A stretch of DNA of 61,907 nt, filler included, from Sphacelaria rigidula (lineage: Eukaryota): NCBI GenBank assembly GCA_964200075.2. It is 6 parts of 6 records of this genome, joined end to end, with 100 filler letters (N's around TTAATTAATTAA, not from the genome) between each part and the next. Parts side by side here need not be neighbours in the genome. Positions count along the whole stretch, not along the records: positions 1 to 10,235 come from CAXNAA020006881.1; positions 10,336 to 20,570 come from CAXNAA020006882.1; 4 more parts are not named here. One strand, written 5' to 3'. Shown one piece after another: positions 1-12,809 of the stretch (within the stretch, counting starts at the first letter, position 1; each line of letters opens with the position of its first letter). The position numbers were made by a program, and so were the translations under genes. The notes below the pieces were generated by a model, which saw nothing but the letters and a program-made list of their open reading frames with translations, searched no databases and had not been told where the DNA came from.

Positions 1-204
1 GGTCTCGCGGAATTGGTCAGCACTCCCGCACCGCGTCAACTCACGTCACACAAACCCAGTCGACTGCTTTGTTGTGACTCACGTTCTCACGCTTTCCACG
101 GTGGAAATCATACATGAAGAAAAATACCAACGCATCGGGAATCGAACCCCCGTTCTCTCCACCCTCATGGCGACAGTCGGACCATTACACCACCGGGGCG
201 CGGC
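1..204 (-). mobile_element. tRNA-derived SINE copy, truncated by the contig end
   Basis: The minus strand reads GCCGCGCCCCGGTGGTGTAATGGTCCG...GGGTTCGATTCCCGATGCG, containing an A-box (TGGTGTAATGG) and B-box (GGTTCGATTCC) followed by a non-tRNA body. A homologous copy lies at 52334-52540. Confidence 0.75.
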
Positions 205-1226
205 AATACATGGTCCGGACTATCGACGCACAGGGTCTACTCCTGCATGCCGTGGAAACGGGAATGCAATCGAACAGGTGGCCGGTGTCCCTGGTGGCTC
301 AGTTGATAACCTCAAAGCCTTCTGACGGTTGGGACGTGAGTTCGAATTTCGGTGCAGTCACACGATCTGGGATTTTTACTCACACAGGGCCCAACAGTGG
401 AGAGCGACTCTGTCGTGGGTCCACAAAATTCGACGTCACGGTCGACGAGGGAAAGGGATTGCTAATCCTGTCTCGCGGTGTAAGGCAAGCACCGCTGAAG
501 AAAGGTGGATAACGAAAGCCAAACAAACTCCTGTGTTGGTCTTTCTCCTGTGTGATCCCAGTTGATGCGCTCACATGTGCCGAAAGGTGTAGACTGGTGT
601 CCAGAATAGATGAGATGACAACACACAACACACTCACAGTCGAACTACAGTATATGTATTCTTCACATTGCCAAGCACGAAGAAATCGACCCCATGATAA
701 TGACTGACTAGTCGACACCCGACTACCGTCGACCGTTGCAAGCGCCACCCTTTCCGCAGTCCGAGTCTGGCTAGACTGCAGAAAGCGTGTAGGAAAGCCG
801 CGTCCTCGCACTCTAACTCTCTCATCAATTTGTCTTCAACATCTTCCATGAGGGCCCTCGACTTCGCCCTCTTCCTCGCCCGTGTCCTCACCAGGATCAC
901 GAGCGTTAGCTGCTGCCTGAGACCGGATGCCCCTGCATCTCCTTGCCAAGTCTGATGGCAAATGACAATAGATGTTCGTGCGTAGGGCTACGGATCGACG
1001 AGGCGCGAGCTACAGGCGGTCGTTCGTCCAACATTTGCGCTATCGCATTGGATGCAGTAGCCAGTCAGTCGAGCGCACTTTCTCAATGAGGCGTGCAGTA
1101 CCAATGTATAAGGACAGAAACTGAACTGTCGAAACGGTTACCCTGGACAAATGGGTGGGAAAGAAACAAGACACAAGACCCTCAACGACAACGTCATTTT
1201 CTGAGCAAGGCTGGACACGGCTGCTC

Positions 1227-2620
1227 ACCTGAACCGTCGGAACATCGTGGCGCCTTTTTTTGCTCTTGCTGCACTGAGTGTTCTAGAGCGCGCCAGATCT
1301 TTCGATGTAGGGTATCGCCTCAAGATCGTGATGGCATGGCCATACACATCCGCTCAACATGATTTCACGTTTGCGTTCTCGACTCTAGCGCTGTACACAG
1401 AACGGTCGTCCTTTCACGTTCGCATGTTCATGTGGTCAAATTCTGTCGCGGGGCGAAGTACTCCCTCTCATGGTCGATCTCGTACATCTTACATCTTCTC
1501 CAACGCGACAGCACTGCCTAGCCGTTTGCACCATCTTCTCTGGCTGCATACGTTGTGCGAACGAGGGCGAATGGACTCTTCAGCCCGTCTGTCCCAAGTT
1601 GTCAGAGGTGAAGCTCCTCTCCCTGCCACTGCATTTGCGCCGTAGGCACGGCACAAAAGGGCGCCTTGATGATCGCCTGCACGCGGTTCTGTTACTTGTA
1701 AGCAAAAGCAGGATCAAGAAGGAAACGAGGGACAGCACACGCACACGACCCGTCATACTCTCGGCAGGGTTCAGCTGAACATTGAAGAAGAGCTCAAGAA
1801 TGGCCGCTAGCACCGCACGGAGCACAGTGAGGATACTAGCAATTACACGGGGTGCGTTCGTACGGCGTAAACCCAATGGCTGTGTCGCTAAAGGCACCTC
1901 ATGCGGCCGGCCTATGATGAACATCGTGCCCACCGTCTGCGTGCTGAACCAATTTGATCCGTTCCACACAAATCGAAAGGGTAGGCGGCAAATATCACTG
2001 CCTACTAATATGACAACGGTAGCACACAAGGTCACAGCGGAGTGTAGCACGAATTTGGGACGGGATTTGCTCTCACTGTCTGGGCCGACCTACCTCATGT
2101 CTCCCGAGAATTGTTGCATGCGGAACTTGATCCCGAGATCAGCGAGCGGGCCTGATCCGGTATTGGCCACCCGCACGAACCTTTGCTGAATCTTAGCACC
2201 CAGCCTGACATTCTGCCTGCAGTGCGAGGGCGGAGCAGCCGGGAGGGTAAGGAGGCTGTAGCGTATACCTCGCATGAAGTTTAGCTTTTTTTCTTCATGC
2301 ATGTAGTTAGTAAAAGTCGCTGACTTCCTCCGGAGGTTTCATTTTGTACGAGTAGTTCGACCATCCCCATGATTATCGTCTCTCACCTGTAACTTTGACA
2401 GACGCATCGCAACCAAGGATCCGTTGCATATATACCGGTCTGTGGCAGCCTTTGAAGTTCGGGGTGTATGGTAGAAGAGGTTCAGCAGCACCACACGCGC
2501 GTTTATGGAACTCCCGTGCCTTCCACATAGAACCAAATCGAGAACTTATTTTCCGACCAATCTCTGTCGAAGATGGTCAGGTTGGTGCCTTCCGGGGGTC
2601 CCCTTTTTTCATCTTTCAAG
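1227..2620 (-). pseudogene. Decayed coding-like segment, product unknown
   Basis: ORFs 2339..2536, 2090..2302 and 1580..2050 are in the same minus-strand frame, separated only by single stops. Protein-like sequence continues in a shifted frame towards a GT donor near 1227. No recognisable domain. Confidence 0.35.
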
Positions 2621-5147
2621 ACGTATGAGCCCGCAAAGTTAAAAACCTGAAGAACGAATTCACCAGCTACTACCGGGCTGATGTAATTTCCTGCTCTGTC
2701 ACTGACCGCTGGTTGGCCACCTGCACAGCTTCGATGCTCCTTAGCAGAGAAATGAAATTGGCATCTGGCCGGGTCGGCACTAGTGCCGATTCAAGCGCCG
2801 CTTTCGGCCCCCCCGGCGGCCGCCGGAAGCGGCAAGAAGCTCCCGGCGCCCCCCGCCCCCCCCCCCGGAAGCGAAGCGTTTGTGTGTAGTACGCGATTTT
2901 GTGTCGTTTTGCCTCAATTAATAACATACGTTTGGACGGCGTGCCGAGAACGTGTGCTTTGTAGGAGGCGCGATGGCCGAAAGGAGACGGCCAACAATCC
3001 AGAGATGAGTAGGTTTCATCCCCGGGACTAACGCAGCAAAAATGCACAGTGATGTAAGAAGCCCAGTTTGTCATTTGGCGAATTTGGGGTGGTTCCGGAA
3101 CGGCGGAGGCCGAACAGTGTCCGCTCAGACTTGGGTAGGATAGATGTGAAAAGGCTTGTTGAACTAAAGCGTGATTGGCAACCCGGAAATGCGCGGGTTT
3201 CATCCTCGAGGTGGCGACTTGCCGAGAACCTGATCTTGCCGCCGCTCAGCAGCTCGTCAATTGCGGCTCTTCTCTCTTCAAGTACCCCTCCCTTGTATTT
3301 TTCTCTTGGGTCTCTGACCGACGCCGACTTCCTCGCTCGCTGACACTGTCCACACAAGTCACATGATGGCCACTCCATAGGGATAGCCTGGACGTGTATG
3401 ATAATTGTCGCCTTTGGCGGGAACGTTGCATTCGGGATCGTCAACAAAACACCAGCTTTTCAGCAAGAAAAAAGTCATGTCGAAGTTTGTCAGGAAGCAG
3501 TAGTTACGTTGTTTTTTTCCCCTCCACCAGGCTTGTGTAGCGGACCGGGTGGGTGTATTTTGTTTCTTTGTTCTTCCATGTCTAACATGAAAACTTGGAC
3601 ATGTATGCTATGGTTGAGGGAGTACTTTGAAGTGGAGGCACGGTGGAGGAATCCTCAGTGGTAACAATGGTGAACAGTGGTCACCGTGGTAACGTGCCTG
3701 CTTTTGCCGTTTCGTGCACTCTGAGTCTTTTGACGGAATGTTCCTACGCGGAAACGGTCGGGGTTGGGGGGATCAATCATACTATGGCTCGACTGACAAT
3801 GCGCACATGAATGCCCACGGTACGGTTGTACGATGATACGCGAAGAACTGCGATTGCTGCGGCAGGGCACCGAGGTTTCCGATCACTGTGCTAACCCCAA
3901 CGCTTTGATTTCACAGCTGTGTCTACCGTAGTCACTCTGCCTCGTATCGTACTGCACTGCAGTTTCGGAGAACCATATGCCGTGTTCAGAGCGAGAGGAA
4001 TCAAGGAACATTAATGTGCAACAATCTATCAATTGAAGCTGTACCGCACTTTACCAGCACCGCACAGTGTGTACCGCAGTGATGCCGTGAAAATCGAGCT
4101 CCGTATCGTGCAGCACTTGAGAAAGGAAAACGAAGCCGAGGACACCCTCGATACATTTACAACGGTCATCAACAGCTGGATACTTCCGGCAGTATCTTTG
4201 TGGCACCTGCCCGTATGCTGGCCCACCCTGTGCCATGCCGTGTTGCATGGAGCTCTATACTTGAATCCTGCCGCGCAACGTCATCATTTGGCTGCGAACA
4301 TGAGGTTTGCCCCAGACCGTCTACGCCGGCCAAATACCCTTGTCGTTCGCGTGGTGTGAATGACCCGCATGCTTCCTAATGTGCGGTAGACCCGTTCACA
4401 AAACGCGCACCTCCGGATGGGGGGCTACGACCGCTGTGACGGCACCAGCTCAGCTAGATGAAAGGTGCCACTGTCTCAAGTGCACCATCGGCAATGGTCC
4501 TGATTTCCTGTGATCCTTGGTCATGCGCGCAGAATAGCCAGTAGTGTTGTCACGTACCGGAAGCCGAGGGTCTACAGTACCATGCGCACAAGATGCTCTC
4601 ATAGTGTGAACATCGATTGAGACAGCGATTCTTCATCAATTTCAAGCTAAAAAATGAGATACCCTCCTTTCCCGGGGGAGAGGAGGGGAGCTACACGCCT
4701 CCAAGTACAGTCCGTGGGTCCGTCCTCCTAGTATTCTTGTTCAGAGGAAGAGTACGTAGAGTGATCCAAACAGCGAGCTCGCCGTAATCGCGATGGCGCA
4801 GGCGGCTTTTGTTGTGCGTGGTGTCGCGAGGCTGAACCACGTCAAAGTGTCTCCTCGGATAGTCCTGCAGCGTCTAACCTGCCCACAAGTCGCTAAACGG
4901 AAACGCGTGTCGTCTGCAAGCTCGCGCAATATTGACCGCCGTGCTGAATTCTCGTGCAGATGACACACAAACGATTTAGTCAACCGCATGCCCGAAACGT
5001 GCACCCTTGAACTGCACATCGACAACTGGGGGGTGCAGCGACACGCACGCCGGAGAAAAATATTTCATAGTCAGACATCCGGTGTCTAGTGTACACCACG
5101 TTGAGTGTTCTCGTCCGATGGTGTCTTCCTTGTGAACAAATGATTGC

Positions 5148-6561
5148 CTATGGGTACTGCTGCGCCGGACGAGGAGCGCTGGACCGCACGAAACTCATCG
5201 TGTCGATGACACGACGTAGCTGGTCGGGGTTACTGGCCTTGCAGATGCTGAGGAATAGGATGAGGAATGATTGACGAAGAGGCCTCCCAAACTCCTGGAT
5301 AGACAGCACAGTGCTTTCGTGGTTGAGTTGAGCCTCTCCTCTCTCGAGCTTATCTGATATATACGCTATGTGTGTGTCCAAGTACCTGACCATCGGGCCA
5401 TGGAGACCTATATCTTGTTTCATGACGAAGAGCAGAGCCGGAACCCCAACACGCAGTACGAGGATGGCAGCATCGATGCGTCCGCTTTGCTTAGGCCGTG
5501 CGTTCGGTACTCGCCCTCGGATGCGTTCTGCGACGTTTCTAAGATCCCGAGTGGCGATTGAACCTCTTTCGTAGGTCTGTTTCCACACTCGCCGCACGCC
5601 GACCACGTCATCCTCTCCACCGTGCATCATCAACATTCGCTCGTACAAGTCGACCCTCCGGCGCACCGGCGATGCTTGCCTTCTGAGCTCCAGCATCTCG
5701 GGCCGCACAGTGCGACCTTTTGCTTGCAGCCGACCGCGAAGAACAGTGCATATGGTAAAAGGTGCAGACTCCGTGGTCGAGAGTAGTGACCGCCGGGTCG
5801 AGGGTGTCGCGAGTTCTGTTGATGACCTTTACGCCCGGTCTCAAAGGCCTGTGTGCGGATGGAGCGTAAACGAACACGCCGTTACGCTTCTCCCACACTC
5901 AAACTACATCAACAATCAAGTTGTACAATCAAGTTGAACAGCAAGTGGGACCAGCACACGTTCGTATCGCCTACGGTCGACGATTTCAATATCGTGTGGA
6001 GTCCCCGGACCAAGACAGTGTTCGCACACAATGGATCCCAACAATTCGAAGAAAACGTTAACCACGTGGAAGGAAACGCCTTTGCCGCCCTCTTCCCCGC
6101 GAAGCTCACATACTGCTCGCTTGGTGAAGTCCAAGTCGGCGCAGGCCTAGCATCTTGCCCCGGCTCGTAGTATCGTCTGCTCGCCACCCTTGCTTGACAC
6201 ACCGGCCACCTGCTTGACATGTAGAAATAACGGCCCTCCACTAAAATCACTTACAGAAGGAAATGAACTCTGTAGCAACGCCGACATCACCAACGCGAAG
6301 TGATTGGCCGCAGGGGCCCTCACCCATGGCGAATACATGTACCCCGAACGTTGGTAGCTCGCAGCTGCACCGACCCCGGCCGTCGATTCCGCTGACGCTC
6401 TTCATGATGACGGCGCTCTCCATGCTCTCCGTGGCCGCAGTCTCGCTGTTATTGTGACGGACGGCTACGGGTACGAGTGATGGTTGGTTTGTCCCGCACC
6501 AAGGTTGCGACGCTCCGGAAATCGTCGCTTGGCTCGCCATCACGGGAAGATGCGATTCCAT
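5148..6561 (-). pseudogene. Decayed coding-like segment, product unknown
   Basis: Chain of overlapping, frame-shifted minus-strand ORFs (6247..6561, 6147..6338, 5916..6134, 5608..5898, 5148..5708) with globular-protein-like composition. No family recognised. Confidence 0.4.
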
Positions 6562-8589
6562 CCTTCCTCGGCGTACGGCCCTTCGCTGGCGGATGTGCAG
6601 ACAGCGGTGACTGCAAGAACGCCCTCATGTGCGGCTGCATACTCTGATACGACCAACTTTAGACCTAAATATGCCACACGATTACTGGGGCACAAGCCGA
6701 GCAAAAAACAGCACGCCTCTGCTTGGTCGACAAACATAGGACGACGTGTGGAGCAAGCGGTGATGTCCCGGCATGCACGTACGGAAGTTGCGCATGAGAA
6801 GTTTGACAAGAGCCAGCAGCGGTTCCCCCCCGCCCGACATACCCGGCGAGATACGTCACTGGGCACTTACTCATGATACTTGCTAGCCTCGTGAGCCGTG
6901 CAGTGCTTGCTGCACGGTGATTTCTACTGACAAGGGCAGTGCTGAGGTCAAACTCAGCGCCCCATGATTGCTCGCAGTTGCCAGCCTTCACACCGGCGGC
7001 GCTGCCTACGCTGCTGAAGCAGGTCTTGGTTCTACCACGAACTCACCATGACCGTGCTGAATCACTTTTCCCTTGCACAGTTCACCGTACAGCCGAGTCG
7101 GTACGCCTCGTGCTTTCAGATCGTAAGCCGGAATCTTGTATCAGGAAGGCACTACGTGATATCACATCTTGATGTATATCTTGCGGTCACTTGGGCTGTA
7201 TTGGTTTCAGAGAAGCTGCAAATGGGGTTCGACGGATGCTTCATTCTACCTCTCCTGGCGCTCGCCCGTTCTTGTGTTCTGTGCGAAAATTTACGTGCAT
7301 CCGCACAACTAACTGAAACTAGATTTTCCCTCGCAAAGCTTGGCGACAGCTGGCTGCTTTTACATCACTTTCCATGCCAACAAGAGAGAATACGCCATGC
7401 GAACAATGACCTTGGGCAGCCGAGCTCAATTTCTGTTGCTGCAACCAACCGTCTCTTGGTGGATATTTACTCCCGTCGTGCTGCCCTAGTCTGCCGCTTT
7501 GCCACGAGCAACAAGAATAGCACTGCCACAGCCCTTCCTTCCTTGATAAAATATGCACAGCGCAGCAGGCAGTAAGTGCAGCTTTGGGAACATCGCGCTA
7601 TGGTGTGCCGCCACTAAACGGTGAGCTGGTACTGTACAGGACGTTACCGTACCGCAACAGTCGGTAGACAGCGCAATAGGGTCGGGGCAGTCGATTAGTC
7701 ACCACAGCACCACGCTACCAGCGGCGGATAGGGTCAGCAGCAGCAGCACCTGCAGCATGAAATAAATCTCTCGGGTCTTCGTAGCCTGCAGCCCACACGG
7801 AAAAGCGGGCGTCTCGACACAGAATGCCAATGGAAGGCAGTACATACGCCGTACGGGGCTAGAAGTAGCAGAGCCGCATATCTGAATATTTCAAGTAATA
7901 GAGTATGCGGAGCGGGAGGTATGCAAATCGACAGCCATAATTTGTGATGGACACCGCAGGATTACCAACACTACCGACAGCAACAACAGTGGCAGCTACG
8001 GCTAAAAACCGTTACTTGTGCCTTGTGGAGGACTCGTGTCCCGTACGGTTCTCGTTGCTTCCATGTGCGAAAGTCGTGCCCACTTGCGTAGATCCCCCGG
8101 GCGTTGAAATGCTTAGCCGAATGTGCGACAGGCGGTCTTCTGTTGCTGCTGACGGAACTTTATCAGCATCCTTGGCCTTCAACTGTGCAGCTTCCGGCCG
8201 TTTCTGCTGCGCCCGGACATCCCTATCCTCATGAACCAGAGACCTTGGGGCGCGAAAGGGGAGTGTCCAGCCGCTTGCTGGAAAAATCCGAGACTCTCTG
8301 GAGGTCAAGAAACTTACTGAATATCACCTGCTCCCCCCCCTCACGCTTGCGTTCACCAAAGGTGACAATGATGGTGGTCGAGTTGGATAATATTTTTCGA
8401 GGTAAAAAATCTCAACTCCGCGCAAAGAGGATGTTTATACTATGTACTGTTTGAATGGTGAGACACCCGTGAGGCAGTGCAACTCGTGGCTGTCTCTGGA
8501 AGTGGTGACACCAAGAAACGAAACAACTCATTTGAGGCTGTCGTCCATACGCAAGATGATTATTTCGTTTCGGACCGAACAATCTTGGT

Positions 8590-8790
8590 AGGATGCAGCT
8601 CACCCTTCATGCGACTCGCCGAACACGTCGCGGCGCTTCGCGCTTGGTGATTGCGGACCTGGTCTGGTCTGGTCTGGTCTGGCGAAAATTCGGCGTGTTC
8701 CGTCGGTACTTTGTGGGGTTTCGAGGTCAATGGTCACATGACTACGGCATGCAGAATCATGAGCACACCCTGCTCCCCCTAAAATCCCGC
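8590..8790 (+). repeat. Diverged copy of dispersed repeat family R1
   Basis: GGTCTGGCGAAAATTCGGCGTGTTCCGTC...GAGGTCAATGGTCACATGAC matches segments at 16325-16500 (-), 20497-20540, 20671-20730, 36295-36365, 41341-41395, 51675-51710 (-) and 59635-59712. Confidence 0.65.
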
Positions 8791-10235
8791 CGACTGTCAA
8801 CTTCACGGACCTTGGCGTGTCGGTTTCAATTTTTCTGCAACCTTGCACCTACGTTTGTGGCGGCTGGCAGTACAGTTAATACAATCACTATTCTGAACCC
8901 ACGCGAGAAGGTATACCTGCCACTGGCCGTGGGGTTGGTGCATTGTATCTGCCTTGAGGGCAATCACGGTGAAGCCATTTTCGGCATAAGTGCCAATCGG
9001 CGATACAGTAGACCTAAAGAGATGTTTGTACACAATGGTTGGCATGGCAAGATGACTGCTTGATTTTAGGCTGAAGAAAGTTCTGAGAAAATTTATGATT
9101 TGGGGCAGGTGAGCAGGGGACCAAGCTCGTCCAGAACGTGTTTTTTGTCGAAATCGGCGCCTGCAGCGTCGGTTTGAGGTCTGCCAACGCATACTTTGCC
9201 TAAGGGAATCTATGTACTCTCCTTGCCCGAGGGTCTCGTGCGCCTTGGGTCAGGGTCAAGGTCAGGGTCAGGGTTAGTGTAAGTTTGTAAATTCCATGAT
9301 ATTTCCCATCAACCATTGTGTACGAACATTTCTTCAGGTCCCCTCCGGCGAGAAGCGCGTCTTGACTGTCCACCCAGGTCATCACGACCTGCGTGGTCAG
9401 CACGTGACGGTGACGATACGTAATGTGAACTTGTCTGCAACACACGTCGCTACTGCAATGGCATCACGCCAAGAGCTACTTCCGGCAGCAGAGGGTGCGT
9501 GAACAAACTACTTCGGTTCCATTTCTGCACCACTCAGTATACTCCCCTGCGTTCGTGAACTGTTCTGCCAACAGGTGGCGGGGCTGCACTACTGTGAAAC
9601 CGCAGGCTGTACTGTATGGTGACCTGCACATGCGTACACATTGAACGTCACGACAGACGAGTTTCCTTCTGGTAATTCCCGGTCATCAACTCGTTGATTG
9701 ATTGGTTGGCATATATATATATATATATATATTGATCCGCCAGGCGTCAAGCCATAGCAAGGCGATAGACGTAATCAATGCGAGTAAACTGAACACGTGC
9801 TACGGAAACTCGGGGAAGGGGGAATATGGAAAATCTACCTTGCCACGTACTGCTGTATAAACAAAGCAGCAACATCGAGTAATTTGATAATCGAAACCGT
9901 CGCATAGATAGAGACCATTCCCAAAACAGATGTACTGTCTAGAGTGCTGTCCGAAGAGGTCCTCTGCAAAGCCCTGCGCACCGGAGACTGAACAGCGTCA
10001 GATAGGAAGATAAAAAATAGACAAGAAAAACAAAAAAGGACGAACTGATGGCAACGAGGAGGGAAAGCGAGGATTTATGATTTCCACAGGTTGCGGTCAA
10101 GTAGCATCGTCATGGAAACACAACAGGCAGGGCGTGTCTAGCCTACACACGGCATAGCGCTTTTTTATTATTATTATTTCCGCACATTAGTCCGATCTCG
10201 CGAACCCGTGGTCACAGACGTAGGCTCGCCTTTCC

Positions 10236-10335
10236 NNNNNNNNNNNNNNNNNNNNNNNNNNNNNNNNNNNNNNNNNNNNTTAATTAATTAANNNNNNNNN
10301 NNNNNNNNNNNNNNNNNNNNNNNNNNNNNNNNNNN
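10236..10335. other. Artificial contig spacer 1 (44 N + TTAATTAATTAA + 44 N)
   Basis: Exactly 100 bp, with a 12-mer that carries stop codons in all six frames. Identical spacers recur every ~10,335 bp. Confidence 0.97.
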
Positions 10336-10475
10336 GTTTCGAGATTGGCCGCTGAACAATAATTCGTGTGCAATAATCTGTGCTTGCCAACATACGGCAG
10401 TTTGCTCAACAATCTGTGGGGATCACCGTACGTTTTATTGCACACGGATTATTGTTCGGCGGCCACTCTCGAAAC
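10336..10475. mobile_element. Small MITE-like inverted-repeat element
   Basis: ~40-bp terminal inverted repeats: GTTTCGAGATTGGCCGCTGAACAATAAT.. / ..ATTATTGTTCGGCGGCCACTCTCGAAAC. Confidence 0.6.
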
Positions 10476-11669
10476 GCTGGAGCCAAGCGAATCTGAAAAG
10501 TGGGCTAGGCGCCTCTCTGTGGGGTGATGCAAAGTGTCCAAGTCATGTGTTGGCGATTTTTCCTGTTTGGGGCGTCAAGAAGTGGGCCAAACGTCCCAAT
10601 AGTGAACAATCCGTGGGCCAAAACTCTGTGTGCCATAAAATCTGGCCTAAGATGTCGAAGTCAACCCTTTGGCCGCCAGCTTCGCCTCGGAACAGAATCA
10701 CTGGCTGACAGTATAGGGGTTTCCATGAGGACAAGGGGGCAGGAAAGTGGAGGTTCCGAATCACCGGAGGAAGACTCCCAGATCAACCATGCGTGCTTGC
10801 AGGAACTTCCCATTTGAGTACAGTAACAGTTTTGAAGGGAATGCAGTCACCATTTCATAGTTCAAGTTTTGATTGATGGAATGACGCATAATGTTCAAGG
10901 ACATATGCCCAGAAAACAAGAGGTATTTCATTTGACCAACCAAAAGTACGGTTATGTCCCTAAATGGTGAAAAACAATCTGGATCATCTCGCAGCGGGGT
11001 GTTTGCCATTTCCTAACGAACAATGAAAACGCTGGAGCACACAAGAGAGGAGTTCCTGTTGCACAACCGACGTGTCCCTGTCCTTTGCCAAGAAACTGCA
11101 CACGAGAGAGCACTCACTGATTGTAATTGAGCAAACACAGAAAGCGTGTAAGCTGTATGCCGGCTGGAGAAGGACACCTGACCGTACAAATACATGCAGC
11201 TGTTGATGGAAAATATGGACTCCAGGGCACAGCAGCGGAATCCATGCTACATTTAGTCCAACACTAAAAAATGTCCGAGGTGTGTGCTAGCACTGCCTCT
11301 GAAGTAACGGGACTGCCTGAGCATAGGGGAAGAAATGCTGTTTACATATATCGCAACAGTATTCGCGGTGGCGAGCGTACAAAACATGAGTACACCAAGC
11401 TGGAGAAATGTCAACATATACCGAAAGTGCGCACCGGCCTTGGCTCCAAAATGGTCGGGAGTGCTCGCCGTGCAGGTTCTTTGCAGGCACTAATTGCAGA
11501 CACTCAAACATCGTCCCGCTCACGCGAAAAGGGGTGTTCTGCACATGTCACGGAAGGATGACCTTTTTTTTTGCACTAGTCCATACTTCACGTTGGCCGT
11601 TCAGAGCGTGGTCACTCAACCAAAGGGTTGAAGAGATCGAACGCGTAGTTGAGTACATTCGATACGTCG

Positions 11670-11830
11670 AACGAGCACGGGTATGACTCGTGGCACTCGC
11701 GCTCGTTGGGCTGCTCCTTGGCCATTTTTAGAGCGAGTCATTGCTCGTTGTGGAAAAATCAACAGGGTGAGTACCCGTGTCATTGCTCGTTGTGGAAAAA
11801 TTGAGAGGGCGAACACTCGAGTCATTGCTG
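11670..11830 (+). repeat. Short array of the ~43-bp GAGTCATTGCTCGTTGTGGAAAAA satellite unit
   Basis: Three to four units matching the large array at 20819-22640. Confidence 0.7.
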
Positions 11831-12256
11831 GTGGCGAACTACTCGAGTCGAGGAGTCAGCAATCCGACGAGAAAACAATTATGATGAGCTCCTCGACGGT
11901 CTTGAACCTATCATCTTCAGGTCCATACGCATGTCTGCACATGTACAAGCGTCGAGCTTCAAAGCGGACCAGCGTGGTATTCCACGTCGCAAATCATGTA
12001 CAGGCTGGATGGTGTTCTCAGACGTTGGTGCCTTCACGGTCGCGCCAGAAAACCTGGCGCATGTGCAAGTCACCTTGTGCGTGCACAAGGCACACTAAGG
12101 AGAACAACATCGACATAGCACATGCCCTCAAATCGTTTGGAAAACATCCGACATGCTGGGACGTGCATCGTTACGAACAAATAACCTGACCTGTGCAGGC
12201 AGTAGGTGCGTGTGGATGCTAGACGGCGAATAAGCATCCGTTGTGAACTGCGAATA

Positions 12257-12809
12257 CTTCCTCTGTCCCATAAGTGAAGGTACTTGAATCTGTACGGGCC
12301 CTCAACGATGTCCGATTTTTTTTTCTTCATGATCTCTACGGTGTTTTTGGGTTACGAAAATGTGTTTGAAATTTGCAGCTCGTGCTTGAACCATGCCCCC
12401 GAACGGCTGCAGAAAATGTGGTCGGCCCAAAAATGACCGTTTTTTGCCCCTTTCCGAGGGGAAAAAAAGTGTCGTTTTTTTAGTCTTTTTTAATCGCGTG
12501 GGACTACATGTCCTGGCAGAATTGTTTTAATCGCCCCCGCCTTCACTGGGGCTTCCTGCCAGGACATGTAGTCCCACGCGATCTGAAAAAAAAAGGACAT
12601 TTTTTTTCCCTTCGGAAAGGGGAAAAAAACAGCCATTTTGGGGCCGACAACTTTTTTTGCAGCAGTTCGGCGGCATGGTTCAAGCACGAGCTGCAAATTT
12701 TGAACACATTTTCTTAGCCCAAAAAACACCGTAGACTTCATTGAAAAAGAAAATCGGACATCGTTAAGGGCCCGTACAAATTTAGGTACCTTTACTTACG
12801 GGACAGAGG
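12257..12809. mobile_element. Stowaway-like (Tc1/mariner) foldback MITE
   Basis: Starts TA|CTTCCTCTGTCCCATAAGT and ends ACTTACGGGACAGAGG. Almost the whole element is an inverted repeat with ~260-bp arms around 12520-12555. Confidence 0.75.

Noticed and set aside
128-204. Functional tRNA gene
   Set aside because: The acceptor and anticodon stems are imperfect, and the similarity with 52334-52540 extends well beyond the tRNA part, as expected for a SINE.
10280-10291. TTAATTAATTAA as a biological motif (piggyBac TTAA or PacI site)
   Set aside because: Always centred in identical N-runs; it is a synthetic linker.
10761-11009. PIF1/Helitron helicase-like motif (SPFRDITVLLVGQMK resembling PFGG..VLLVGD..QL)
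   Set aside because: A single degenerate motif; no Walker A or other helicase motifs were found nearby.
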